Of a DNA stretch of 64,000 nt, positions 47,308 through 56,970 are shown in pieces. How positions within the stretch are numbered: the stretch's first letter is position 1; each line of letters begins with the position of its first letter. The stretch is from IMG/VR virus record IMGVR_UViG_3300005529_000001, positions 186,001 through 250,000 of that record, one strand, 5' to 3'. The position numbers and the translations under genes are program-made. Under the pieces are notes generated by a model. It worked only from the letters and a program-made list of their open reading frames with translations. It was not told the origin of the DNA and searched no databases.

Positions 47308-47600
47308 CAGGTCACCAATGCAGCGACCTGTACCAGGTTAGGTACCGTCAGAAGCGTTCCTGGGGGCACTTGAAGCCCCCAACCGATGTTACTCGCTGCC
47401 GCCAAGACCCACCAGTACCGTGCGTCACCGTAGATCACACCTGCCATGGTGTCTAGGCGTTCACGACCACGAAGAACGATCTGGTTTGACTGGATCAAAC
47501 CGCTCTTGATCCCAGCGCGGATAGCTTCTGCAGCACGGCCTGTCCCATATTGCTGTCCGTAGGCGAGGATGGGCGTTCGAGTGTATCTGCTAGACGGCAT
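47307..47600 (-). CDS. LysM/gp53-like baseplate protein
   Basis: GRERLDTMAGVIYGDARYWWVLAAASNIG..VPPGTLLTVP. Confidence 0.78.
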   Translation of the reverse strand: MPSSRYTRTPILAYGQQYGTGRAAEAIRAGIKSGLIQSNQIVLRGRERLDTMAGVIYGDARYWWVLAAASNIGWGLQVPPGTLLTVPNLVQVAALVT

Positions 47601-47608
47601 CGATCACC

Positions 47609-50600
47609 TCATTGGTTCGTCGGAGGGATAAAACCAGGAGCCATTGGACCAACCGGGTAGACTGGTGCGCGGTTGTAACCAAAGTGATCAAGACCCGGGC
47701 TGATGTCATGAACGGGTGAAAAGTTCAAAGTGACTTTGCACAGTTTTGGTGCAACGCGACCCGTGTGAAGCTCCCACGTCACCTTGTCATACCAGTCAAA
47801 ACTCATCGTCTCGATGAAACCAGCTAGACCCTTTCCACCAGTATCAGCAAACGACTTAGCAATCGCATTACTGGCGGGAGACAGGAAGTTTGTCAGGTCA
47901 TCGGCGCCTGTCTGTGATCCAGGAGCTTGTTTTGCGATGATGTTCTGTCGCGTCTTGGACGTTGGAGTCAAAGCATTGGGTGGGATGATGTATTGCCCAC
48001 CGATGACATTGCGAATCAGTTTGTCAGTGTTTGCGTACTCTCCTTGAGCGGCTTGGATTGCCTTAGCATACGCCAGCTGGAACTGTGGGTCATCATTCAC
48101 CTTGACTTGGCAGACTAACGGTGCTGGATAACCAGGTGGGTTGATTCCCTGCGCTGCTGCGGTTGATTTCATCGCTGTCACTGTGAACAAGTGAGGGATG
48201 TGAGCTTTTTGGGGTTCAAACGTGGGTGCAAACTGCGGAGCGTTGCTTGACCCGCCCAGAGCGCCACCCAGAGCGCCGGCACCAAGGCTGATCCCACCAT
48301 TGTTGGAAGCAAGAGCATATGTGCCAGGCGCAATGTAATAATCGTTGGTCCCGTCAGGGTTTGCAAGAGCCGTTGCGATGAGAGTCGGTAGCTTGTCAAT
48401 GATACCCTGGTCAATTGTTGCAGTGCTCTGGTAGCTGTTCACCTTGAAGTTGTTGTTTCCCATCCCAAACAGACGAGCAAGAGCGAACTGGCTGTAATTT
48501 CCATGAAGCAGGTTACCCAACCTGATCCGGATCAGCGGTGAGGCGCCAATCAACTGGCTGAACGGCTGCGTGAAAACGTAATTCCCGTCGGGAGAAGACA
48601 GCTGCACGCCCTGGGTGTACTGCGGGTAAACCAGGGTGATGAGCTTGTTGATCTTTACCCACATGTCATCAAAATCGGGCTCGCTGGTCGCTGCGATGAA
48701 GAAAGACAAGCCTATCCTTCTCTCCGTTGACTTGTAGACCCGGACGGGCTCAACGCGTCCATAACCCTCTGTCTTTTCATACGCCGCTGAGAAATCATCG
48801 GTCAGTGACGCAAGGAATGCATGGAATGCCACCATTTCATTCGTCCGCAAGTCGTGGAAATAGAACGGCACGTACTCGGAGTCCAACGTGGCTTCGAACG
48901 CTTGCGCCGTTGCAGAATCGATCCGAGCCAGGCCTTGTGAGCTGTCAACGACCTTAGCGGTCACATTTGACAGAGGATCATGTTTGATGCCAATGATCGG
49001 ATCAAACTGACCCAGACCAGTGATCCCGGCACTGGCGGCGATGATGGTGCTGGGTAACAGGACCTGTGCAGGTGCTCGGTTGGATGCCCAAGCCAGCTTG
49101 AGGCTGTTCTGCAACCTAGACTTGCCTGCCGCGTGGGTCAGGTTATCGTCTAGCTGGTCCATGGTGCTGATCTTGGTCCCGCCCACCGCTGTGGAGTCTG
49201 TGTCGCTAGATGGCAACGTCAAGATCTGATCGCCCAGCGTTGCCCACACGTTGATCGCGGCAACAACTTTTGAACCGCGGATGGTGTCGATCATCGACAA
49301 GACCGAGTTGATGACATTCATCGGGTTGCCGCCGATCTTTGACAGAGACTTGCTGATGACGACAAACCCCCTGATGATCGAACGAGAAACGTTGACCAAA
49401 AAACCTGGAGAGTCGGTCGCGGTGCTCAGGCTCAAACTGAGGCTGATCCCGCCGGAAGGTTGTGGCAAGCCATAGAATGCAGCCAAGCCCGAGTTCATCG
49501 CTTGTGACAGCGGAAATACGGTCGGGTTTATGCCCAACAGGGCGCCGAAGTTCAAAGACGCCAACGCGCTGATCGCCCCCAACGGCCCACCACCGGACAC
49601 TGCATTGGGTGGCTTGCTAGCTGGGAAATACTGACCCACAGCATAGCGACCGACGCTGTCACGTTGGGCTACTTTCGTTTGCGGGGTCACCAAGCCCATC
49701 AAGATGCCCAAAGCACCGATGACGACCTGAACTCCAGCAACCAATGCTAATGTCAGCGTCACCATGCCCAAAGCGTTCGTGCCATCATATGGATCGTTTG
49801 TGTCATTGAGCTGGCCCCATGATTGCGATCCCGGGCTGATGACGTTGGAGCTTGGCACTTCGTCATTTGTCAACGAATTGAGGATGTCTTTGGCTTGCAA
49901 GACATGTTGGTCGATCGTTGCCGTCCCGAGCTGAGCCAATCCCGGCAACAACGCAGCTGCCTCCATGCCGCCCGAGTTCGGATCAGCACCCGCTGATGTC
50001 GCGCCCAATGTCGTGGTCGCACGGAGCCCCAATAGCGGACCGATCGTCGCTAGACGCCCGGTCGTATACGACTTTGCACTAGGATCCCACTCGCCCAGCT
50101 TGCTCTGCACTGACAAGGCAGGATCGTAACCGTTACCCGGATCAGTAACGTCAGCAACCTGAGCAAACGCTGCATGCGCGCTCGTGAAACGGTTGTTAGA
50201 CAGCACTGCTGACGTGTATGGGTTGATGATCTTGGCGCTTGTGTCGGTGCGGCCCGGGATCGATGTCTGCTTTAGCTGCGGAGCATCACCCACCAAGCTT
50301 GTCGGGTCAGTCGCAACGTAAGTGCTCGTCCCTGTCACACCAGGCAACAGATCATTGCCATCAGTAGCGTTAGCGCTAGACAGTCCCTTCTTGACTAGCT
50401 GTTGGATCGACGTAAACTGCTGGGTTGGGTAATCGACCTGCTTCTCTGCACCGCCCGCAAAGGTGGCTGGGTTCTGGGGAGGTAGCTCTAGTGGGGCAGG
50501 AAAGCCCTTGGAGTCTGTGGTTGACACCGTGTTCAACGTCGCGGTCCCGTCGCCCACTGGGTACTTGTTACCTACGGGCGGTGCGTTGGTCGGGTCAGCC

Positions 50601-50854
50601 CCCTCCTGGCCCATCGTCAGCTTGCTGAGGTACTGGGCTAGCGTTGTCTTTGTCGGGGTTGAGAGGTCCTTCGGCTTCCCAGACGAATCCTGGTAACCAT
50701 CGCTGACATCGACGCCCTTGGTGTAAGAACCGTAGCCCGGCTGCCCGTTGATCTGTGCCTTTGCATCGGGCACGCCAACGTCATACGTTTGTTTTCTCCC
50801 GTTGAGGGGGAAACCATTGTCGCCAGTGTTGAGATTCTTTCCAGGGTCGGCCAT
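47609..50854 (-). CDS. Tail tube initiator / baseplate protein with long N-terminal extension
   Basis: C-terminal FHAFLASLTDDFSAAYEKTEGYGRVEPVRVYKSTERRIGLSF..SPLIRIRLG tube-like fold; follows tape measure. Confidence 0.65.
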   Translation of the reverse strand: MADPGKNLNTGDNGFPLNGRKQTYDVGVPDAKAQINGQPGYGSYTKGVDVSDGYQDSSGKPKDLSTPTKTTLAQYLSKLTMGQEGADPTNAPPVGNKYPVGDGTATLNTVSTTDSKGFPAPLELPPQNPATFAGGAEKQVDYPTQQFTSIQQLVKKGLSSANATDGNDLLPGVTGTSTYVATDPTSLVGDAPQLKQTSIPGRTDTSAKIINPYTSAVLSNNRFTSAHAAFAQVADVTDPGNGYDPALSVQSKLGEWDPSAKSYTTGRLATIGPLLGLRATTTLGATSAGADPNSGGMEAAALLPGLAQLGTATIDQHVLQAKDILNSLTNDEVPSSNVISPGSQSWGQLNDTNDPYDGTNALGMVTLTLALVAGVQVVIGALGILMGLVTPQTKVAQRDSVGRYAVGQYFPASKPPNAVSGGGPLGAISALASLNFGALLGINPTVFPLSQAMNSGLAAFYGLPQPSGGISLSLSLSTATDSPGFLVNVSRSIIRGFVVISKSLSKIGGNPMNVINSVLSMIDTIRGSKVVAAINVWATLGDQILTLPSSDTDSTAVGGTKISTMDQLDDNLTHAAGKSRLQNSLKLAWASNRAPAQVLLPSTIIAASAGITGLGQFDPIIGIKHDPLSNVTAKVVDSSQGLARIDSATAQAFEATLDSEYVPFYFHDLRTNEMVAFHAFLASLTDDFSAAYEKTEGYGRVEPVRVYKSTERRIGLSFFIAATSEPDFDDMWVKINKLITLVYPQYTQGVQLSSPDGNYVFTQPFSQLIGASPLIRIRLGNLLHGNYSQFALARLFGMGNNNFKVNSYQSTATIDQGIIDKLPTLIATALANPDGTNDYYIAPGTYALASNNGGISLGAGALGGALGGSSNAPQFAPTFEPQKAHIPHLFTVTAMKSTAAAQGINPPGYPAPLVCQVKVNDDPQFQLAYAKAIQAAQGEYANTDKLIRNVIGGQYIIPPNALTPTSKTRQNIIAKQAPGSQTGADDLTNFLSPASNAIAKSFADTGGKGLAGFIETMSFDWYDKVTWELHTGRVAPKLCKVTLNFSPVHDISPGLDHFGYNRAPVYPVGPMAPGFIPPTNQ

Positions 50855-50859
50855 GGGCT

Positions 50860-51129
50860 TCAGGCAATAGAACCAGAGGTCGGTGTCTGGCTCTGGTTGC
50901 TAAGTACGCTCTGCTTCTCAACCAATGCCTGGCCAAGTTTAGCAGCGAACTCGGGGTCGTTTTCTGCCCGTTCGATGGCGGGACCCAAGATGTCAGCAAA
51001 CGGGGCCACAAAGCCCTCCACGAGCTTTTGGATGGTTTTTCGTTCGCCAGCGTTCTGGGCACGGCCCAAGGCTTCGCGGTATGCCGGGTCTTCTCTCAAG
51101 CGCTTGAGAAACTCGTCCCTCGTTTTCAT
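50860..51129 (-). CDS. Hypothetical protein
   Basis: 89 aa; TAGGAT -10 lies 6 nt upstream. Confidence 0.6.
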   Translation of the reverse strand: MKTRDEFLKRLREDPAYREALGRAQNAGERKTIQKLVEGFVAPFADILGPAIERAENDPEFAAKLGQALVEKQSVLSNQSQTPTSGSIA

Positions 51130-51141
51130 GTCACGATCCTA

Positions 51142-54100
51142 TCAACCGGCGCCTACTGGGTTCGGGCCCGGAACGTTGTCAGACGGGGTGTAACCGCTCA
51201 ACGGGTTGGATGCTTTCTGGTCTGGATGTGACGTTGCAAAGTCAATACGATCTCGAACGATCGATCCAGCACGGAGGATCATGACCTTTTCCACCTTGTC
51301 GACGTCCATCGTCACCTCCAGGTTGATGTTGAGCTGGACGTTTCTGCTTGGGTTGACTTGGTAGTTGACCTTGCCTCCCAGACCGACTGTCTTAGCGACC
51401 TGGTCCAGCTTGGCTTTGACGTCAAAGTCCTTGTTGAGACCCTGTAGCGCTGTGTCAAGATCATTGCTCGCCTTGACCATCTCGCTGATGGCGACAAGCG
51501 CGCCTGTCACGCCACCCTTGCCATCACCCCTCAACGTTGAACCGAGCGCGCTCATGTTCTGTTCGAAACCTTGCAGCGTATCGCTGATCAACTTGGAGTT
51601 GCCGGTTAGCTTGGTGAGTGAAGCGATCTGGTCATCATTGATGACATTGAAATCGACTTTTGATAGCTTGTCCTTGATCGTCTGAAGCGTCCCAGCGATG
51701 TCAAAGTTCTTGTCATCAAGCTGCTTCTGGACATCTTTCACTGCGCTGATGTTTTCAGACACTTGTGAGATGACGCTGGTCGTGCTTGCGGCAGCGTCTC
51801 GTGCGGCATCGGCGGTAGCATCGGTCGTTGTCTTGGTCATCGCTGCGGCTTTACGAGCTGCTTCTGACGCTTTGTCTTTCTCCGACCTAAGGTACTTGTC
51901 TTGGATCTCATCAGACGCTTGTGAGAATGCCGCTGACACGTCAGACATGCCCTTCGTCATCTGGTCAGACTTCTGATCGATGGTCTTCTTGATGCTGTCA
52001 GTGAACCCATCGATCTTCTTAGCAAAGTCCGTACCAAAGACCTTGTCCAGACCCGAAGCCATTGAGCTGGCTAGCGATCCCACCAATCCCAGGACAACGT
52101 TTTCGATCATCGTGAACAGCTGGATGCCTAGTTTGCCCAACACGATGGGCAACTGGATGAAAACGAGGTTCACCGCACCGACCAACAACCTCAACACCGA
52201 CAACCCTAGGTCTTTCATCGATTGGTTGATCGAAGCTTGGTCGCCCGTGAACAGGTTTGTCAAGACCGTCCACACAGAACCAAAGACCTCAAAAGCTCCC
52301 GCAAGAGCTTTCTTGAGAGAGTTACCGAACCCAGTCCCAAATGCTGAGTTGATGCTCTTGAAGAGCGTATCAACGACCTTGGCTAGCACGTTTGCGATCG
52401 TCGTCTGCAGGTCATCGGGCAACAAGCCCAATGTCAGAGCATCGATCAACCCCGTGGTGCCCGCCGCGATGACGGCCGAGGACCGATCAAGAGTTGACGT
52501 CACGTCTTTGGTGTACTTGGCAACGCCACTGCCCACCGCAGCGGCAGCTGCAACGAACGCAGCAGGACCAGCAAACTTGGAGACGCCCTTCATCAACCCT
52601 TCGCCGGCTGTTGACTTAGCAAGCGATGCTCCAGCCTTCTGGATGACAGTCTTTGTCAAGCTTGGGATCACGTTTTTCAGTATCGTTGTTCCCAATGCGC
52701 CCAGGATGCCACGACCAAACGCAGGACCAAACAGCATCGCTGCGAGAGCACCAAGCACGGGTTTCGCTATCGTAGCGATCTCCTTTTGGTGCTTTTTCAT
52801 GAACTGGACAAACAACCGTCCCATTGTCTTGACAAGCGATTCCAAAGCGGGAGCGAGCACTGTCCATGCATGCTTCAAAGCATCGACCAACGGGGTGATG
52901 ACCTCCTGAAGGAAGCCCAAGCCTCCCTTTGCCGTCGCACCGGCTCCCTGGGCATAAGCCGACAAGCCTCCCGGTGTCGTCAGCATCTTGACGATCTCTC
53001 GGGCCCCCGTTGCAATCTCATCAGCGAGGTACTTGATGCCAGCTGCAGCGGTGGTGCTGAGGAACTTGAAGAACGTCTTGAAACCGCTAACCAGCTTCTT
53101 GGCACCGGGCTTTTCAATGTCAAAGAAGTTTTGGAACGTTTTCTTCAGGTTCATCACCAAGTCAGGGATGGAACCCTTTGATGGGTTCTTTGGATCCATG
53201 CCAGGCTTGCCCAAGAACTTTTCGATAGCCTCGCTCACGCCCTTGAAGAGCGACGTGATCTTCTTTGGGTCAAACATCTCATTAAGAGCTTTGCCAACCT
53301 CTTGGAAACCCGGGACTATCTTCACCAATGCACGTCCCAGGTCAACACCGATGTACATGACCTGACGCAAAGCGATGCGAATCTTGTACATCAAGCCCAC
53401 AAATTCCTGGCTTGACATGATGCCACGTCCGATGCCCGCGACGAACATCTTCCAGAAGCCGCCCTCCATGCCACCGCCCGAGAAGACCATGCGCTCGATG
53501 GCGTCGGCAAGCTTGCTCATCGCTTCAGCCTGGGTCAACGTCTTCTTCTCAGCCATGACGCTCTTCTTCTGGACTTGGTCCATCGAGAGCCCCTGATTCT
53601 TGAGAGAAAGAGCTGATTGCACCGTTGCTTCATCAAGGCCCGTTGTTGACGCCACCAGCTTCAACTGCGCGCGGTTGAACTGGCTGGCATCCACCCCCGC
53701 CTTAGCAAAGCTCTTGCGCAACATGTCGAGCTGTTCAGCTGGCGACTGCGCCGACATCATCTCAAAAGCATCGACCTGGACACCCATCGCTTGTGACAGC
53801 TTGGCGGCATTCTCTGCGGCGGTGTCAAAGGTGTCAAAAGCGTCAAGCGTTCCCGTGATGTCTTTCAGCTCAAACCCTAGCTTGCGAGCGTACGTTGACG
53901 CTTCAGCGATCTGCTTGACGGTTGCACCACCAAAGTGAGCAACATCGCCCAACGCTTTGCCCATGTCCCTTGAGATCAGCTTAGCATCCAAGCTAAACGC
54001 ATCGCCAAGCTCATAAGAGTACTTCGTCATGTCACGGAGGTTCTTCTCCGTCTTGGTCCCCATCGCAGTGCTGCGCATGGTGACGGCCTTCATCTCCTCG

Positions 54101-54891
54101 CCGGCCAGGCCCAAGCCCTTCTGGTAACCGAGGATCGCGCCACCGTTGTTCTCCATCTCGGCACGCAGCTTGGAGAAGGAGCCTCCCATGTCTTTGGCTA
54201 GCTCACCGATGTACTTCAAGCGGTCTGCCATGTTACCAAAGACGCGCCAGGTTGACAGCCCGGTATCTTTGAACCCAGTCATCGACTTTGACGTGTCAAT
54301 GATCGCTTTGTTGGTCGGTCCGTAGAAAGCTCCGAACTCCTTACGCAAGTCTTCAAGGGCTTGCATCAGCTCGTTGCTACCCCCAGCGCTCTGGGCTGCC
54401 ATATCAATGAGCCCGCTAAAGATCTTGATTGGGATCGCCAAGATCGATGCGGTAATGTTCCCAAGCCCTGATATGAAGCTGGTCACAAAGCCGCCGACAC
54501 CCTTGCCCACCGCGATGATGTTGCTCAAGCCCTGCGACAAGCCCGAGATTGCGCCAGTCGCTATGCCAACCGACTTGGGAAACTTGTCGTGGAACTGCTT
54601 GCTAGACTCCTCAACTTTCTTGCCCAGCTTCTTGAAAACTGACTCACCCGTACGGCTGGTATCATCAAGCCCGCCCTTCACTTTTTTCAGCGCATCAGCT
54701 AGCGCCTGTACTCCCTGAACGCTTCCCTGGACGTTGAGCTGTGACAGGGCTTGAGCCAGCTGTCCGAGCGTTGCTGATTGAGCGGTGTACGATCCCTCGA
54801 GCTTCTCCGCAGCGGCAGCCATGCGCTCGACCTGGGCGGCCAGCTTGGTCGTCAGCGCTAACTGTTCTGAGAGCTCGTCTTTTGAAGGCAC
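51142..54891 (-). CDS. Tail tape measure protein
   Basis: 1249 aa Ala/Gly/Lys-rich helical protein with hydrophobic mid-section, downstream of tube and chaperone. Confidence 0.85.
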   Translation of the reverse strand: MPSKDELSEQLALTTKLAAQVERMAAAAEKLEGSYTAQSATLGQLAQALSQLNVQGSVQGVQALADALKKVKGGLDDTSRTGESVFKKLGKKVEESSKQFHDKFPKSVGIATGAISGLSQGLSNIIAVGKGVGGFVTSFISGLGNITASILAIPIKIFSGLIDMAAQSAGGSNELMQALEDLRKEFGAFYGPTNKAIIDTSKSMTGFKDTGLSTWRVFGNMADRLKYIGELAKDMGGSFSKLRAEMENNGGAILGYQKGLGLAGEEMKAVTMRSTAMGTKTEKNLRDMTKYSYELGDAFSLDAKLISRDMGKALGDVAHFGGATVKQIAEASTYARKLGFELKDITGTLDAFDTFDTAAENAAKLSQAMGVQVDAFEMMSAQSPAEQLDMLRKSFAKAGVDASQFNRAQLKLVASTTGLDEATVQSALSLKNQGLSMDQVQKKSVMAEKKTLTQAEAMSKLADAIERMVFSGGGMEGGFWKMFVAGIGRGIMSSQEFVGLMYKIRIALRQVMYIGVDLGRALVKIVPGFQEVGKALNEMFDPKKITSLFKGVSEAIEKFLGKPGMDPKNPSKGSIPDLVMNLKKTFQNFFDIEKPGAKKLVSGFKTFFKFLSTTAAAGIKYLADEIATGAREIVKMLTTPGGLSAYAQGAGATAKGGLGFLQEVITPLVDALKHAWTVLAPALESLVKTMGRLFVQFMKKHQKEIATIAKPVLGALAAMLFGPAFGRGILGALGTTILKNVIPSLTKTVIQKAGASLAKSTAGEGLMKGVSKFAGPAAFVAAAAAVGSGVAKYTKDVTSTLDRSSAVIAAGTTGLIDALTLGLLPDDLQTTIANVLAKVVDTLFKSINSAFGTGFGNSLKKALAGAFEVFGSVWTVLTNLFTGDQASINQSMKDLGLSVLRLLVGAVNLVFIQLPIVLGKLGIQLFTMIENVVLGLVGSLASSMASGLDKVFGTDFAKKIDGFTDSIKKTIDQKSDQMTKGMSDVSAAFSQASDEIQDKYLRSEKDKASEAARKAAAMTKTTTDATADAARDAAASTTSVISQVSENISAVKDVQKQLDDKNFDIAGTLQTIKDKLSKVDFNVINDDQIASLTKLTGNSKLISDTLQGFEQNMSALGSTLRGDGKGGVTGALVAISEMVKASNDLDTALQGLNKDFDVKAKLDQVAKTVGLGGKVNYQVNPSRNVQLNINLEVTMDVDKVEKVMILRAGSIVRDRIDFATSHPDQKASNPLSGYTPSDNVPGPNPVGAG

Positions 54892-54918
54892 GCGTCACCC
54901 ACCCTGCAGAAACTTATC

Positions 54919-55212
54919 TCACAGGGGCCACGGGACGCCCAAGATCCGCTCGAACTCCCGGGCGCTCGCGTGTTTCAGGTTGAGCTTTTGCATCACTGTC
55001 TCAACTGTCGCACCAGACCTGTTGAGTTCCTGCTGGAAACGTCGAGATGCCATCAATGCGCTACTGACGGCTTGCACTTCCGCGGGAGTTCCCCTGATCT
55101 TCAGGTTTATGGCCCTGCCGACCAACCAAGCCGCTGCTGCAGTGAAAAAGATCTTCCCGAGCAAGTTGAGCTTTAGCTCGTTTATCGAAACCTTGGTGTC
55201 AACGCCGTCCAT
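54919..55212 (-). CDS. Hypothetical tail-associated protein
   Basis: 97 aa; CTATTTA motif (55218-55224) lies 5 nt upstream. Confidence 0.65.
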   Translation of the reverse strand: MDGVDTKVSINELKLNLLGKIFFTAAAAWLVGRAINLKIRGTPAEVQAVSSALMASRRFQQELNRSGATVETVMQKLNLKHASAREFERILGVPWPL

Positions 55213-55227
55213 GACCCTAAATAGGCC

Positions 55228-55512
55228 TCACTGGAACCGCCTGAGGCGACTCGGGGACTGGCTTCGCATCCTGCCCTGCATTGTCCTGACATCAGGAGCG
55301 TTCTGGTGAAGTGCTCGTGACTGTGATGAGCTCCCATTCGGATCGTTCGGGTTGCTCTTGTTCAGTTCGGTGACGATCCTCTCGATCCACCACCGTTTGA
55401 TGGGCACGGGGAGGTTGTACGCCTCCCCCGCTGTCATCCCACCGTAGTAGACCAACAGGAAGCACGGCTCCCAGATCAGCTGTTCTTTATCGCTGGGCTG
55501 CAGGCCAAAGAA
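55228..55512 (-). CDS. Frameshift-extension (T) segment of tail assembly chaperone
   Basis: Overlaps chaperone 3' end in +1 frame, no convincing own start; FFGLQPSDKE...YNLPVPIKRWWI. Confidence 0.65.
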   Translation of the reverse strand, partial: FFGLQPSDKEQLIWEPCFLLVYYGGMTAGEAYNLPVPIKRWWIERIVTELNKSNPNDPNGSSSQSRALHQNAPDVRTMQGRMRSQSPSRLRRFQ

Positions 55513-56374
55513 AGTTGACCCCGATTGGCATCGAGACCTCCTCTTCGTGACCACAAGACGCACACGTCACTTCCTGGCGCATGATCATTCCTGGCTCATT
55601 GTCACGAATGTAGTTTCGCAAAGCCAGAGAGTCACGAGCGGGCATCATGCGGACGAACGCCGCGATCTTGGCTCGGTCTTCGATGTTATCGACAGACTGG
55701 ATGCAGTGAAGCAGGTTTGATGTCACTGACGTCTCGTTCTGAGACAGCGCCAGCTTCTTCTGCTTCTCCTGCAAGGCAGTGATCTGCTCTTCGTCACGGC
55801 CCGTCAAGAACTTGAAGCGGACGGTCTTCTTGCTCATGGGCAGCTGGAACTCAAACAGGTTCATCCCCTCTTGCACGGGGGCGATGCTCAGTCGCTTGAT
55901 CGGCAGCTGGGCGAGGTTGAACGCTCTGGGTCCCTTCGTCTCGCACTCACCGCACTCGAGCTCCGCGTCATAATCAGCGCCGTACATGGTGATGCGGATC
56001 GCGACCATCAACGCATAGCGATCGCCGATGACCATGTCAATCGGATCGATCGCTTTGTTGACAAGGCACGACTTGATCAGCTCGGTGATGACCGTCCCCT
56101 TCTTCAGGAGGGCTCGGCTCGTCAAGATGTCTTCTTCACGAGCGGTACCAGCCCGGATCTCAACGAGCTCAACGCCGTGTAGCGGGTGGTTGGGCGGGTA
56201 GACGCGGCCTGCAGACGGCAACGGGACCGTCTCAACCGGGATCTCGATGCCGAAGTCCGCCTTGAACTTCTCAGCCTGCGAGAGAGCCTGGACGCCCGCT
56301 TGGACTGCGCCCGGGGGCGGTGCTTGTGTTGATGCAGAAAAGACTTGGTTACGCTGCTCGCGTTCCTCAGACAT
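55487..56374 (-). CDS. Tail assembly chaperone / T4 gp26-like baseplate hub assembly protein
   Basis: VPLPSAGRVY, TAREEDILTS, GDRYALMVAIRITMYG, two CxxC, ends PIGVNFLWP; AGGAG SD. Confidence 0.75.
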   Translation of the reverse strand: MSEEREQRNQVFSASTQAPPPGAVQAGVQALSQAEKFKADFGIEIPVETVPLPSAGRVYPPNHPLHGVELVEIRAGTAREEDILTSRALLKKGTVITELIKSCLVNKAIDPIDMVIGDRYALMVAIRITMYGADYDAELECGECETKGPRAFNLAQLPIKRLSIAPVQEGMNLFEFQLPMSKKTVRFKFLTGRDEEQITALQEKQKKLALSQNETSVTSNLLHCIQSVDNIEDRAKIAAFVRMMPARDSLALRNYIRDNEPGMIMRQEVTCASCGHEEEVSMPIGVNFLWPAAQR

Positions 56375-56417
56375 GTTCGCTCCTAGTGTTCAGAAATTAC
56401 TCCTGCCACCTCGAGCG

Positions 56418-56424
56418 TAAATGT
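56418..56424 (-). promoter_or_regulatory. Possible late promoter variant ACATTTA
   Basis: Upstream of chaperone gene. Confidence 0.35.
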
Positions 56425-56452
56425 AAGGGTTGCTACGATTCCCGAGCCGTTT

Positions 56453-56659
56453 TCAGCACTTGAACAGCGGGCTCTCAGCTCTCTTCTGCGGCGTCCATCG
56501 CTTCTCAACCTCGGTCGCGAACTCTTCCCAAGTCCACCCAGCGAACTCGATCAGCTCGTTCCACTCGTTGACATACTCAGAATCGTCAATTCGATGATGC
56601 AAAAAGTCGTCAGTGAGCTTCTCAAGCATCGCCTCGAGCTGGTCCCACCCGAGCTTCAT
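56453..56659 (-). CDS. Hypothetical protein
   Basis: 68 aa; TACAGT -10 lies 6 nt upstream. Confidence 0.55.
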   Translation of the reverse strand: MKLGWDQLEAMLEKLTDDFLHHRIDDSEYVNEWNELIEFAGWTWEEFATEVEKRWTPQKRAESPLFKC

Positions 56660-56675
56660 GCTCTGACTGTATCAC

Positions 56676-56954
56676 TCACCAGTGCGCTTTTGCAGGAGTT
56701 GGCTTCGCAACGAGATGCCATACGATATCTTCGTCACGAAAGCCGTGTGCTTTCAGCCCGTTTGCATCCAGTGGGACGACGAGCCCACGTTCCTGCATTG
56801 TCTCGAGCATCTCCTGCGTCCGAGCCAACGACCACCCAACGTACAGCGAGATGGCTCCCAAGTACATAGGGCGGGCAACCCTATGGAGGTAACGCTCGAT
56901 TATTTCGAGGACAACCTGTGGGGGCTGCTTGCCATCACGGAGCCACGAGGCCAT
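56676..56954 (-). CDS. Hypothetical protein, possible winged helix
   Basis: 92 aa; LGAISLYVGWSLARTQEMLETMQERGLV. Confidence 0.5.
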   Translation of the reverse strand: MASWLRDGKQPPQVVLEIIERYLHRVARPMYLGAISLYVGWSLARTQEMLETMQERGLVVPLDANGLKAHGFRDEDIVWHLVAKPTPAKAHW

Positions 56955-56970
56955 CGGTCTACACCCTACA

